DNA from: Octopus bimaculoides | Lineage: Eukaryota | Direction: 5' to 3' | Assembly (NCBI RefSeq): GCF_001194135.2 | Contig: NC_068990.1 | Location: forward strand, 61,103,716-61,167,715 | Length of the DNA stretch: 64,000 nucleotides | Shown: positions 27,971-42,278 of the stretch, one piece after another | How the letters are laid out: every line of letters starts with the position of its first letter | Position numbering within the stretch: position 1 is the stretch's first letter | Program-made: the position numbers and the translations under genes | Notes under the pieces: generated by a model | What the model was told of the DNA's origin: nothing | The model's input: the letters and a program-made list of their open reading frames with translations, nothing else | The model's database searches: none

Positions 27971-28702
27971 TTGTGGAGTGGGAGATGGATGTGGGATCAT
28001 AGTGATGATCCACATTGTTAATTCTGTATCAAACATTTAATGCAAAGTTAATTACTTAAGATGAAAGTTCATCTATAGAATAGCTCAGAATTTCAAAGAA
28101 ATTAAACAAGAAGACAGACAGTTGAAACTAGAAAAGAAAGGAATTGTCCGCTTATGCTTTTATTATAACTTTCTAATATTTGTATCCACTACACCTTTAT
28201 TCAACTCACTTGAAGAATTAGAGCACAAACCATTATATGTAAAGCTAATTGCATGATCTTTAAATCTGATTATTGAAATATTGGTCATCTCAAATTTAAG
28301 CGGACTTTATCTTGAAATGGAGCTAGTTTTAATAACTGTGGGTTGGTAAGAAGTTATTGATATTCTTGTGAGCTCTGATGATGTATCAGTTTTGATATTG
28401 TGGTACAAGATAAAAGGATTGTTAAACCAGTTCTTAAATACTAGACAAATATTACTCCGTAATTTCTGCAAAGTTCTACAATTGCCAAGAAACATTATCA
28501 TATCAATGGTTATTGTGAATAGAATTGATACTTATTACCATTTAACCTTTGAATTGCCAGCCAAATTTTTTGTAACTGAAGAACAAGTTGCACTCTTATA
28601 GGAACAACATGCTAAAATATTAACATTTGGAGTGTGTTATATATTTCTTTAAGATTTAATATTTACAGTCTCTAGCACCTGGGTCTATGAAGTTCACCTC
28701 AC

Positions 28703-28759
28703 CAATCTGTTTAATGCTTTTAAAGAAAGCATGAATACCAAGAATATTCTGCCTTCCCT
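28703..28759 (-). CDS. Candidate internal exon (GRQNILGIHAFFKSIKQI)
   Basis: Acceptor cttccttttag, donor TTG|gtgagg, phase 1 to 1. Confidence 0.25.
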
Positions 28760-29500
28760 CTAAAAGGAAGCCTTGGATCTTGTTTGGAAATTTGTAAAGT
28801 TTTCAATTCCAGTATTTTTTTTTTTTTTTTTTTTTTTGAGAAGTACATACTTTGTTGTAGAGAAACAATATCATCCTGCAAGAATTTGTAATTACTCAAT
28901 AGGAGAATGGAAATCTTATCCTGGTACAGATACCAAATGTTTCATTTTGAAAACTGGTCAGAGTTGCAGTCAGGATAAATATCCAAAGAGAAAATTGTAA
29001 TGACAAGACATCTGCAACATTCTAATAAACAAGAAGCAGCAACTTAACAGGATGCAATGAAATACCAAAATGGATTGGCTAATGAAAGGAGGTTTGGACA
29101 ATGGAAGAAGTCTGGCCAATGAAGGCACCATTCAGAATGATGTGTGCATAAAGTCATAGGGCTGTTTAAATATCTAAATTAGTAACCTGAAACTTGAGTG
29201 ACAGATAAACCCAAAGTTTAAATAAATGAAGTAACTCAGTAACTTGTATTGAGTGCAATCTTCATCTTTTATTTACAAACTAAATATATGGTGGAGAGGG
29301 TAATGAGATTTATTTGTGGCTAGGGTTTTGCTAGTTTGACTCAGAGCTTAACCATTCAGCACATCGGGTAATAGGGAAAGGACGCTGAACTTATGAGTAA
29401 GTTACAATATATTTGAAAATAAATATATAAATAAATAGATATGTATGTATGCATTTATGTATGTATGTATGTATGTATGTATGTATGGATGGATGGATGG

Positions 29501-29720
29501 ATGAGGAGAAGCTGAAAAGTTCCTGACTTTAAGGGTATCATGAAAGGTATAGTTGGAGGCCCAACATTCTGAGCTCCTTTTACAGGGCTTAGAAAAACTG
29601 AAGGACCACTGCAATAAGTATGTTAATCTGAGAGAGAAATATATTGAGTAAAATCATAATTGACTGAACCTTCTGTATTTTCTTTTACCCAAAGCCAAGA
29701 ACTTTTCAGCACCTCCTTGT
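29501..29720 (+). mobile_element. mariner-derived MITE (about 220 bp)
   Basis: TIRs GAGGAGAAGCTGAAAAGTTCCTGACTTT / AAAGCCAAGAACTTTTCAGCACCTC; interior encodes a transposase C-terminal remnant LQGLEKLKDHCNKYVNLREKYIE*. Confidence 0.8.
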
Positions 29721-30174
29721 GTATGTGTACATATGTATGTATGTTTTTCTTTGAGTTTTATTTAGGTTCTTCTTAAGAGAGTTCAAGCCAGTTGATAACA
29801 AAACGTTGAGACTTTTTGAGTTAAGAGCATTCGCAGCATTTGTAAATATGTGGTTGAGTTGAGAAGTGCCAATGCATACACCCAAGTGTGTGTATTTATT
29901 CACATAAAGAATCTCAGATGGAAAATCTTTGGAATGTCTCGCAAATCTTCACTGTGCCACTAATAGATTGGATTTGGAGAAACCACATCAGTTTCTTTTG
30001 CCCTTTCTAGGTTTTTATGTAAATTTGTAGGTACATTACCTAAGTCAGTGTATGAGAGCTATAAGTTCTGCATTAATTCTCCATATCTATATGCATAAAT
30101 ATACTCATAGTCTGTTGCCCTATAGTTGATGGTGAAATGGTCGCCTTCTATTTCTGCCTTATTTATGTTTAAAA

Positions 30175-30254
30175 TTTACCTGAAGATGGTGGGTTTTGCC
30201 ATGACGTAATCTAAGAGTGCATCAATAAAATTCTGCTGAAACAGCTGTTGTGAA
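30175..30254 (+). ncRNA. Type-I hammerhead motif with long helix II (family C, older copy)
   Basis: TTTAC-CTGAAGA-TGGT...GCT-GAAAC-AGCT-GTT^GTGAA; flanks homologous to the 57392-57475 copy. Confidence 0.65.
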
Positions 30255-31578
30255 CTTTGAACCTCACTTGTGTTCTTCTTTTGTGTGTGCATGTGTGCGC
30301 ACGTGTGCATGTGTGTGTGCATGCAAGTACGAGTGCATGCAAGTATGAGTGCATGCATGCGTGGGCATGTGCACATGTGTGCGTGTGTGTATGAGTGTGT
30401 ATGTGTAAATGTGGTCTTGAGATGAGTGGAACAAATGCAAGTGGTGAAGGTGGGATGGCTTGGTTTGTTGGGCTTGTGAAGTGTATTGCGGATATTAAGA
30501 GTTGTTCCAGTGGTAATGTTAGTGGTTGCAGATAGAAGTAGAGATAAGGAGATGTGATGGTGTTCTGTGTAGAAGTGGGTTTGGGTTGTGAGAAGCATGG
30601 TTCCTGAGTAGTTTCAGACAGAATCACTAGACACTAAACTGATGAAATGATTCCTCCCTATAGAAACCCACATGGCAAACTGCAACTTATGAATATGGTA
30701 TGATTCAGTTTTCTGGATATGTATAGGTTTTAGGTTTTTATGCAAATGAAGATGACAAGCACATCTTTAAGTGCTTTATATTCTGAAGGCCTTGTAAGAG
30801 AAGAGGAAGATGCAGATGTGTGCGTGATTGAGGGAATATTGTTGAAAAATGGAAAAATTTGTAAATTACTAATTTGAAGAAAGAAGAGTATTGACTTGAG
30901 AAAGACAAAATATTGTACATGTTTTTAAAAGATGTGTAAAAGTTGATTTGTTGGCAGATTGTTTAAGTTTAGTACAACCTAGAAATGGCTGCCCAAAGCT
31001 ATCTAAAGTAGCTGTTAAGACATTGGTTAAAAGAAAAGTAGAAAGAAAGGTTATTTTATTTTGTTATTGCTTTTGAATTCGAAAAATGTTTTTGTAAAGT
31101 GATGAGCATTATTAAGATTAAATCAATGCATAGAAGATTCTTTAAACCCTATAGCTTCAAATGATACTTGAACCAATTCCTCCTGAAAGTAGTGTTAAAG
31201 GAAATAATTGAAAGCAATGAGTAATTAGCAGATTGAATTTGTTGTCAGAAAACTAGAATTCTTGTTAGAAAAGCGGGTGAACATTTGTAGGTTAAATGTG
31301 AATGAGAAATTCTTTCATTTGTTTTAGCCAGCACAGCTAAGGCTAAGTGGAGCATCGTCTTGTTTGGGAATATAATTATTATAAGATGAGTGACTTTGTT
31401 TGTTAACATAAACTACCAATATATTTATAAATAATCTGAGATTGAAAAAGGACAAAAAATCCACTCAGAGTTGAGCAAAGGGCTGATGCAAAAACAGACA
31501 CATCTGCTTGAAATCAAGTAGCAAATGTCTGTTCAGATTTGTCAAAGATCAAATGGTTGCTTTGTTTCTGTGTCATAC

Positions 31579-31634
31579 CTTCACCACCCTGGTTCAGCTT
31601 TCGTTTCTCTTCTTTTAGCACATGAGTTTTGGCT
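31579..31634 (-). CDS. Candidate internal exon of an unidentified gene (AKTHVLKEEKRKLNQGGE)
   Basis: Acceptor gttgtcag, donor GAAG|gtatga, open frame phase 2 to 1; no homology recognised. Confidence 0.25.
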
Positions 31635-33299
31635 CTGACAACATATACTTGTTACTCGCAGCATTTCTTGTTTATGAATTTGTAATGCATAACCTTTAAC
31701 TACAAAATTTGAATTTCATGCTTATTCCAGTAATTATAGTAAACGTCTACCAAAAAATAGAATTTGGTAATTTCAGCAAGTTCTGTTGCCTCCGTAAACT
31801 TGACATGTTTCAACAGAAAATAGTTTTAGATGTGTTATTCCACAACAAAAGATAGACTGGTATATAAAACTGCCTTCTGCAGTTAAGGGTAATGAAATTT
31901 TGAATGGACATATTTTCGCTCCACTATAAGAGGGTTAATAAAGTTTATGTTTAATAATGTTTATAAGAAAATATCTCGACTAATTGCTTTATATATTACT
32001 TGCATTACATTTTCAAGAGTTTGTCTATGTATCAAATCAAAATGTAGTAAATATCTTTCTATGTGAGACATTAGTGGTAAGAGCCCATTTCAGCATAGCT
32101 ATTTTACTGATGAATTCTATGATGTCCTGCATCAAGTCACTCAGAACAATAGAAAATGAATCTGATTTTTGATAAGTAATGTGACAACTTGGGACATGTT
32201 TCAGTCTCATTATACCTCTTTAGTAAAGTATTGTCTTACATGTAAGTGCCAGTATTTAGGATGACTGACAGATGGTGGTGGAGGTGATGGTAGTGGTGGA
32301 GGCAGTGATGGTGATGGTCATGGCAATGGTGGTGGTTGTGTTGGTGGTGGTGGTGGGGTAATAATTTTGAGTAAAAAACTTCTTTGGCGACACAATTTAA
32401 ATTAATGGCACAGGAAAATTTCCCAGGGATATTTAAAGCAAGAAATTTATTGCTTATAGTCAGTTTTTCTTTTGAATATGAAATTGTCATTTATAAAAGT
32501 ACGATGAGTACCCAACTCTTTCTCAGTCTCTTTCCACATTCATACAAAAGTACACACATGCACACTTACATACATATACACATACATATGCATACATATA
32601 CATACATACGTATGAACAGATACATGCATATATTCATGCATACATACATGCATACATACACACATACATACAGACATATGAGCACATACCTAAATACATA
32701 CATACAGACAGACATACATATATACATACATACATACACATAATACATACATGCACACATGGACACATACATACATACATACACATATACATACATGCAT
32801 ACATACATACATACATACATACATACATACATACATACATACATGCATACATACATACATACATGATAAATATATATATATCTTTACTGTTAAACATTAT
32901 CATTGCATTTTAAGTGCAAAGAATTTAAGTATGGTCAAAGAAATTTCATCAAAGACAGTTCATTGACTGCCATGTCTAAGTCCAGGGGAATGAAATGAGA
33001 GCTTGAGTAGAAATTTTGAATACAATGAGACAGAGTTTGGTACAGTGCTTTCCAAAACTGCAAGAGAATGCTATTGTGTCATATAATTGCAGAATTAAAG
33101 TAGGTAGCAAAAAAAAAACAAATAATTTTTTTCCCTACTACATTTATATAGAAATGGTAAGAAAATTCAGAGGCAAACAAATAATGGTAATATTACTTGT
33201 ATAATAACTTCCATATGACAAAATATTGAAAACTATTAGCTGGATAATTGTATTTTGTTTGCAGAAATGTTCTCTCTTCTCACTCAATCCATGCCTTTT

Positions 33300-33309
33300 C
33301 GTTTATGCA

Positions 33310-33360
<51 letters not shown>

Positions 33361-33597
33361 ACATATACATACACATTCTTCCTTCACACATGCACATACA
33401 CACAGGCACACACACAGACACACACACATTCTTCTTTCAAACACATGCACATACACACACACACACGTGCACATATACATACGCATTCTTCCTTTACACA
33501 TGCACATACACACATACACACACACACATACACACACACATTCTTCTTTCAAACACATGCACATACACACACACACTCATATTCTTCCTTCAAACAT

Positions 33598-33646
<49 letters not shown>

Positions 33647-34656
33647 GTCTCTCTCTTTTTCCACACACACACACACATGCAAACTCATATGCACACATTT
33701 AAACACATACGAACACACACATGTGAATACATGCACATGCACCTGCACACATCCACAATCACACACACACATACACACACTCTCTCTCTCTCCTACATAC
33801 TCTCATACATATACACACGAACACAAGCACACACACACATAAACACACACAAACTAATGCATACACGTTCTCTCTCTCTTCCTCTCTCTCTCTCTTCCTC
33901 TCTCTCTCTCTCTTCCTCTCTCTCTCTCTTCCTCTCTCTCTCTCTTCCTCTCTCTCTCTCTTCCTCTCTCTCTCTCTTCCTCTCTCTCTCTCTTCCTCTC
34001 TCTCTCTCTCTTCTTCTCTCTCTTCCTCTCTCCCTCTCTCTCTCTCTCTCTCACACACATGGACCCATGCACACACACATACATATTCATATGCGTATAT
34101 GCACCTACAGACACATACATACATTCACACATACACACTAAAACACACACCCTCTCTTTCTCTTTCTTACTCTTTCCTCCACCCCTTACACACAACTCAC
34201 ACACACACACACATTCACACGTGCATACACACCCACAGACACATATACACATTCAAGCACGCACACACACACACACACACACACACTCCTTCGCTCTTTC
34301 TCTCTCTTTCCTCCCACTCTCCTCTCACACACACACACAGATTCATGCACACGCATATACACATTTACATGTATATGCGTACCTACAGACACATGCACAC
34401 ATTCATACATACATACACGTTAATACACACTCTCTCTCTCTGTCTTCTTCTGACACAGACTCAGACGCATACGCATTCACATGTGCATACACACCCACAG
34501 GCACACACACACATACACACACACACACACACACACATACACACACACATACACACACACACATACACACACACTCTTTCTCTCTCTCTCTCTCTCTCTC
34601 TCTTACTCTCTCTCTTACTCTCTCTTCCCCACTCCCCCTCACATACACACACACAC
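33300..34656. repeat. Compound (CA)n/(CT)n microsatellite block with internal ~40-57 bp units
   Basis: TTCTT(C/T)(C/T)TTC-ACACATGCAC recurs five times between 33375 and 33600, followed by CTCTTCCTCTCTCTCT repeats. Confidence 0.9.
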
Positions 34657-35362
34657 NNNNNNNNNNNNNNNNNNNNNNNNNNNNNNNNNNNNNNNNNNNN
34701 NNNNNNNNNNNNNNNNNNNNNNNNNNNNNNNNNNNNNNNNGTATACACTAATATTATATACACACCCATAGTCATTACATATGTAAAATTTTAAAGACAG
34801 AGAAAATCAATTATATCTTGATTTCTGTTAATTTCATATTTCTTTTTTTTATATTTTCAAAATATATTTTTCCTTCATAAGCTTCTTCAGAATAATTCTC
34901 TCCTACACATCACTCTCCTCTTCCCCTCCCTGCTTTCACTCTCTCTCTCACTCTCACCTTCTCTTTCTCTTCTGTCTCTCCTTCCCTTCTCATTCCCCCC
35001 CCCCCTGCTTTCTCTGTCTGTCTCTCTCTCTGTCTCTCTCTTTGCACTCTGTCTTCCCTTTTTTCCTGGCTCTCTCCTACTCATCTCTCTCTCTTTCTTT
35101 CTCCCTCGTGTATATCCCTCTCTCCCCCCTTTCCTCTTCCTCTCCTTCTCCTCTTTCTCCCTATCCTCTCTCCCACTCCCCCTCCTATCGTTCATCTATA
35201 AACACATATTTATGGATGAAACAGTTTGCCTTGCTGTTACCTGTATCCAGGTTCAAAGCCACTGCAAGCCACTGAGGGAAAATTCCTCCTATCATAGCCC
35301 TACAAACCCCTATTTGTTTCTTCACAGCACCATTTTGAGTTTAGAATTAAAGTTACAGATAA

Positions 35363-35525
35363 GGCTAGGAGTGGCTGTGTGGTAAGTAGCTTGCTTACCA
35401 ACCACATGGTTCAGGGTTCATTCCCACTGCGTGGCATCTTGGGCAAGTGTCTTCTACTATAGCCTCGGGCTGACCAAAGCCTTGTGAGTGGATTTAGTAG
35501 ACGGAAACTGAAAAAAGCCCGCCAT

Positions 35526-35557
<32 letters not shown>

Positions 35558-35790
35558 GTATGTGTGTGTATATGTTTGTGTGTCTGTGTTTGTCCCCCAC
35601 CAACATCACTTAACAACCGATGGTGGTGTGTTTACGTCCCCGTAACTTACCGGTTCAGCAAAAAGAGACTGATAGAATAAGTACTAGGCTTACAAAGAAT
35701 AAGTCCTGGGGTCGATTTGCTCGACTAAAAGCGGTGCTCCAGCATGGCCACAGTCAAATGGCTGAAACCAGTAAATGAGTAAAAAGAGTA
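35363..35790 (+). mobile_element. SINE family A (tRNA-like head, central microsatellite), near full length
   Basis: GGAGTGGCTGTGTGGTAAG...GGTTCA head. Other copies: 1862-2340(-), 4980-5490(-), 7270-7530(-), 36680-37110(+), 51445-51680(-), 54645-55000(+), 57650-58310(+). Confidence 0.85.
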
Positions 35791-37388
35791 AAAATAGATT
35801 AAGGGTGGTGCATGGCTCAGCAGCTAGAACATCGGGTTTAGCAATCATGAAGTAATGAGTTCGATTCCCAGACAGAGCTGTGTGTTGTGTTCTTGAGCAA
35901 GACACTTTATTTCACGTTGCTCCAGTTCATTCAGCTGTAGAAATGAGTTGCAGCATCACTGGTGCCAAGCTTTACAGGCTTTTGTCCTTCCCTTGGATAG
36001 CACCAGTGGCAATGGAGATGGGAGGCTGCTGGTCTTCCATAAACAACCTTGCTCAGACTTGTACCTCGGAGAGTAATTTTCTAGGTGCAATCCCATGGTC
36101 ATTTATGACTGAAAGGGTTCTTTTTACCTTTTAGATTATGGAGGGAAAAAAAATCACAAATAAATACCTATCTTTCGAATGCAGACATGGGTGCAGATCT
36201 GGTTTTGTGATTAAGAAGTCTAGTTCACAGAAACATGTTTTCGGTTTCAATTCCACTGTTTGGTACTTGAGGAGACTTGGAGATGCAACTTTGGATTATA
36301 GGTACAACCCATTTGATGGGTTCTGAACATAAACTTGGAACGATCAATATCTGGTAAATAAAGTAAAGTAAAGATTCCTTTTCAAATCATACCAACTCAT
36401 AAGGGCCAGTTTTCTGGTTTCCATGGCGTATATATTTCCCATCTGGATGGGACGCCGGTCTGCTGCAGTATCTTTTAAGTGGAAACTATTAATAAAAATG
36501 AAAAAAGATATTGCCTACAACCATCAAGGAAGGTGCCCTACTTGTTACGCAGAAAAGAAGTAGGTGGGAATTTGATGTGGTGTACTTGCTGTAAGCTATA
36601 GGTGTACAAAATGTATAGTGGGATCAGATCTAGGTGGACAGGGAATGTGGGCTTCATATGCAACAGATGAACAGGAAGAGTTAGCAGGCATGGCTGTGTG
36701 GTAAGAAGCTTGCCTCTTAACCACATGGTTCCAGGTGCAATTTCACTGCATGGTACCTTGGGCAAGTGTCTTCTACTATAGCTTTGGGTCAACCAAAGCC
36801 ATGTGAGTGGATTTGGTAGACACGGAAACCAAAAGAAGCCCATCATGTGTGTGTGCGTGTGTGTGTATGTGTGTGTGTGTGTATGTGTGTGTGTGTGTGT
36901 GTTTGTCCCCCCCATCACCACCACAACTGCTTGACAACTTGTGTTGGTTTGTTTATGTCCCTGTAACTTAGTGGCTCAGCAAAAGAGACCAATAGAATAA
37001 GGACCAGGTTTTAAAAAAACTAAGTACTGTGGTCGATTCATTTGACAAAAAATTCTTCAAGGCAGCGCCTAAGCAGTCTAATGACTGAAGCAAGTAAAAG
37101 ATCAAAGATAAAAAAAAAAGATTAAGAAATGAGGTAAATTCTTTGAGATACTTAGAAGGCTTCTTTAGGAGTAGAGGAAAGATTTTTATGTAAGTGGCTT
37201 AATTCTTAGTATGTCATAAATACCAGACTCTGAATAAACTGGAAAAGTTCTGGAATCTATTTACCTAAGTTATTAAAGAATTTCTGTCTTGGAGTGGAAC
37301 TCCTTTGGTTATGATGATGAAAGTTCCAGTTGATTCAACCCATGCCAGCATGGAAAGCGGATGTTAAACGATGATGATAATGATGATG

Positions 37389-37714
37389 ATATTAGCGACA
37401 GAACCAGAATTAATACTGAGAGGTAGTATTTATCCCATCTTAAACACGGATGTTCTTTTAGAACAGACTATACTATAGTAAATAGCATGAGATAAACTCC
37501 CATACTGGCTTTTGGTGCAAAATGCTCTGCAATGGATGGTGGCTGTTTATCTCACCATTAGTGCTATAAAAAAGCTTGCATTTTGCACCAAAAGCCAATA
37601 TGAGAGTTTCTCTCATGGTATCTACTGCAGTATAGTTTGTTCCTATAGAACATCCACATTTATGTGAGGATAAATATCACCTCTTTCTATTAATACTGCT
37701 TCTGTCACTAATAT
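37389..37714. mobile_element. Long-TIR (fold-back) MITE, 137-bp arms and 52-bp spacer
   Basis: 37389-37525 and 37578-37714 are diverged reverse complements starting ATATTAG(C/T)GACAGAA. Confidence 0.88.
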
Positions 37715-39639
37715 ATATTATCTACATTAGGTGTCTCCTCTCCATATACCATCCTCCCACTCTGCTTTATTTTCCCAGTTATCATCACCCCTTTTCCTAT
37801 CAATATGCCTCTCCCCTTACTGCCACTCTCCTACCCAGCCACCTGTGTAAATAGGAATGGTTTTGTATTAAATATGTCTGTCTGTATTCTATCCCTACTT
37901 ACCATCATCCCCTCTTTCTCCTATTACATCCTTCCATTATCATGTATCATTGACAGCCATCACTTTCACTCACTTAGCATCTCTCATCTTCATTACTAAC
38001 CAGTCAAACACATACAGTCTCTCTCTCTCTCTCTCTTTCATACCATCAGTATCTTTAATCAAAGATCCCTTAAGTCTGTTCTCAACAATCATACAAAAGT
38101 TTTTACCTATATACCAGACTGCTCCTTGCTAATATAAAAAACTAAAATTTTACAAAGTAAAAAAAACCGATATTTTATTATTACTTAAATCCTATCAAAG
38201 TGACATCTATGAATTTATTGTATTTTCATTGGTTATCAAAATATGGTAAAAAAAAATTGTATAATTTCAGTAAGAATCTGTTGCTATGACAATAGAATAG
38301 AACTGAAGGATCTTGACAGAGGTGCTGGGTTTTTTCTCTCTCAAGCAGAATCATCTATGAAAGAATATTGACTTTTGGCAGAATCTTTTCTAAGTTATTG
38401 ATAGAATAATTTTTTTTCATGACTTTTCCACGGAAACTTGTGAAATTCTGAAATGCCAGCCTTAAAATGAGACAATAATTTCATAAGGTTAAGTTAAATG
38501 TCAATTAATGGTAAGAGCATTGATGATGAAAACTCAGATGAAGATAGTCTTTATTATGAATACATCCTTGACAACATTTATTCTGATGGAATCTGGAACT
38601 TCAGACATTTGCAAGAAAAAAGGACTATTGTATCGGTTTAGTGTTTCTAAGTTTAATAAGATTTTATTGAGAGAAAGTGAGTAATGATTATTGTCAAGGT
38701 TGAACAAACATTATGTGTTCTGATCAGAGCCTATTTTATCTGCAGACCTAAGCTATGGTAAACAAGAGAAATTGTTTTGTTAATCAACTGAAGAGTGCAG
38801 TTTATCAAGTAAGGAAGTATATTTGATTTAAATGACTTGATGATAGATGATAGGTAAATATACTTAGCTCTATGGTCATATTCTGTTATGTCTATTTATA
38901 CCCAAATGTGTCTGCTACACCAAGGCAATATCAGTGAAGTGATATCTTTGGAGAAATTGGTAATAAATTTTCAGAAAAATTATCTTCAAATTATCATCAA
39001 TCATGCAAATACCTTTCGAGAAAAGAACACCTTCCAAACAAGAGGTCGGCTACATAGATTATCCTCTTCTACACTGTGTTTACTGTTTATCATCTGAACA
39101 CACCTCAAAAATTGGATGTTGTTGTTTAACCCTGGACTGGTGCTAATGTTGTAGACCAGGGATTCTCAACCACGGTCCATATGGCCCTTGGGTTATATTT
39201 CGATGATACACAAAATATTTAAACAATTTTTTTTCATACAGGCATGGCAATGTGGTAAGAAGTTTGCTTCCCAACCACATGATTCCAGGTTCAGTCCTAC
39301 TGCATGACACCTTGGGCAAGTGTCTTCTATAGCCTATCGGACTTGCCTCACCTCAGTTCTAGACAAATTTTCCTCTCAAGTTGTTTCCACAGCTTAATAG
39401 ACCATATTCCAATGACTGAACCCAATAAAAGAATTAGAAAATAACAGTACTTATCGTCTTATAATAATTATGTCTGATTGATCTCTTAGATTCATTAAAG
39501 AACTCTATCAAATACTGAAGCGATGTTTCTTTTCACTTTGTTGTCCATTCAGTTCTTTCATCCTAATCCATAGTATAAGTTTGTCTTTATATAACAGAAG
39601 TATAGACATTAATATTTGAGTGACGTGTCTGTGATCTAG

Positions 39640-40470
39640 AATAATTTCATTTGGTGGTTGTATGACCTACTTTGGCAGCTGTATGCCTTAATCTGGTGGG
39701 TGTATGTCCTATTTAATCTGGAGTGTGTATGTTTCCTCTAATTTGATGGATGTGTCACCTATCTAATTTGATAGCTGTATGGGTTAATTTTGAAGTTGTA
39801 TGACCTAATTTAGTAGGTATACGACCTAATTTGGTGGTTGTATGTTTTATATAGTTTGGTGGGTGTGGATATATGCCTTATCTAATTTTGTGGGTGTACA
39901 TCCTATCTAATTTCAGTACTGTATGTCCTTATTTGGTGCTATATGAACAAATTTGGTGACAATATGACCTAATTTGGCAGGTGCATGTCCTATATTGTTT
40001 AGTGTGTGTGTGTTGTGTTCTCCCTAATTTGGTGGGTGTATGTCCAATCTAATTTCAGTTCTGTATGTCCTTATTTGGTGCTATATGAACTAATTTGGCA
40101 GATGTATGAACTATATAGGTTAATGCGTGTATATCCTTTCTAATTTGGTGAGTGTATGTTCTAATTTCAGCATTGTATGTCCTAATTTGGTGCTATATGA
40201 CCTGATTTGGTGACCATATCACTTAATTTGGCAGATGTATGTCTTACATAGTTTAATGTGTGTATGTCCTTTCTAATTTGGTGGGTGTATGCATTATCTC
40301 ATTTGTCCTATCTAATTTTGGTTCTGTATGCCCTAATTTAGTAGTTGTTTGTCCTATCTCATTTGGTGGGTGAATGTTTCATATAGCTCAGTAGCTTATC
40401 TAATTTGGTGGATGCATTTCCTATCTAATGTGCTACTCTATTTGGTGGGTGTATAACTTATTTAACTTGG
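39640..40470. repeat. Degenerate minisatellite (TGTATG.CCTAATTTGGTGG, about 20-27 bp) with higher-order duplication
   Basis: Anchor TGTATGTCCT(T/A)ATTTGGTGCTATATGA recurs at 39920, 40062 and 40174. Confidence 0.85.
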
Positions 40471-42278
40471 TGGAGGATAACTTATTTCAAGCACTGTTAC
40501 AGCACACAAGTAGTTGCTTAACCCTAGATCAAGTCTGATAAAACAGGTCTGTGATCATCTATAATCCAAAGATTTCCAACTGTGACTCCTCCTGTTTTTA
40601 TTACATATGCTTCCATTTTTAAGACAGAAGCATCTGATAATGAAATTTTGCTGCTATTTCTACCAGGTCAAATGACCTACAAAGACTCATTGGTTCACTT
40701 GCTGAACAGATTAGTGTCTACTATTTCTCATTCTAAAATTCTTGTCTTAGCCATCAGGTTAGTGAAATATTTATGGTAAATTCTTCATCTGCTGATATTC
40801 CAGCCACCTTGAATATGATCCTACTGAGAGGTTTCTAATGTACAACCACTTGAAGAAAGTAACTTTCAGAATGTATATCAATCTAAGTGCTTAGCTAAAC
40901 AATAATATTTTAATATCAATAAAATATAAGGAGCTCAAGAACAATGGCCATAATTTCAAAGGATAGCATGTAATGAAAATAATATGTTTGTTGATAAGCA
41001 GCAATTTGTTGTTTACTAACAGTGAGCTTTTGAAGAATTCAGAGGTTATTTGATTAGCACCAGTAAAATAAGGATTTTCATGCTTGTTATGATAACAACA
41101 AGCTTGTTATTTTGATAAAAGCAGTTCTTTTTTACACATGTAAAAGTATAAAGGCAAAGTCTATAAAAACATTGAGATTCTTTGATGTGATTTTATTGAA
41201 GATTTTGTATTAAAAGTAATAAATTCTGTGATAAATGATGTGTTAGAATCTTTGAAAAGACAGTGTTGATGCATTGCAGAAAGGAAACTATAACTACAAT
41301 AAGGTAAATAAGACATCAAAACAAGAGAAAAGGATGGAACTGAAGGAAAACATGGTATAAATAAAAAAAATGTTGTACAGATTGATTACATATTGGATTA
41401 AGTAAGTATAATTACAAGATTCTTAGAGATTAGAGAACAAAGCCAAAGTTATTTAGAGAATGATGATGACCAAGTTATGTGTAACTTTCTTTGAAATGGA
41501 ATGGAAAGAGCTGTGAAGAGACAAATTAACCCTTGATAGTAGAATAAGCTTTAAACCTAAAAATGTTAACCAACCATAAATTTTAAAGAATTACAATAAA
41601 AAAAAATGCAAAGCTCCAGTCTTGTACTAATAGAAAGACCGTTTGTCATTTTTTCTTTTGTCATAAATTAAACTTTTCCCTAGAAAAAAAAATCCTCTGT
41701 TTATTGGTGTTAGTACATTTTTACTTTCCTACTATTTTCAATTTGAACTATGTAACATGTAGAATATCAGGTATTTTATTGGCCAGTCATAAAATCAATA
41801 CATCAAACAATATTCCAGAATATTATGCAAATTTATTTCTATCAAGTCCAAAAGGCTGAGTCTAGCTGTGTGAAGCAATAACCAGTAAAGGAAAGGCATA
41901 ACCCATGTATAGGTGAAGACATCATTAAGTGGCTAAGAACTACATGTTTTGGAGTTCAATTCCACAGTGCAGTGCACAGAAACACACACACACATGCATG
42001 CACATGTTTGCGTTGCGCACACATGCGACATGCACACAATGGACCCCATTCATTTTCCTCCTATAAAATACACCCACAAAGTTTTGCTTAACCTGCAATA
42101 TAGAAGGCATTTTCCCAAGTTGCTGAAAAGGTAAGGTTATAAAACTAAGTAACACGGAAGGTGGGGTGGAGACAAGGGATCAAATAAAATAAATGAAAAA
42201 AGAAAGAAGGAATGATGACATACAATGATACCCCACTACATTGTATAAAGATGTAGTAGTGTCACTTGTTGGTGATCT

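Noticed and set aside
28307-28601. ORFs 28368-28601(+) and 28307-28501(-), with a vague ILVSSDD similarity to RT motif A
   Set aside because: Similarity is too short and no other RT motifs follow
30180-30250. Apparent minus-strand exon QNFIDALLDYVMAKPTIFR with CAG|gtaaat donor
   Set aside because: It is the reverse complement of the family C hammerhead repeat, which has a dispersed paralogue at 57392-57475
32185-32212. GAAAC-AT-GTC with palindromic ACATGT (minus strand)
   Set aside because: Core reads ATAATGA and helix II is absent
35363-35440. tRNA genes suggested by A/B-box-like heads
   Set aside because: No cloverleaf; the heads continue into multi-copy SINE bodies
38498-38641. 47-codon acidic ORF MSINGKSIDDENSDEDSLYYEY...
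   Set aside because: Short, no splice support or recognisable family
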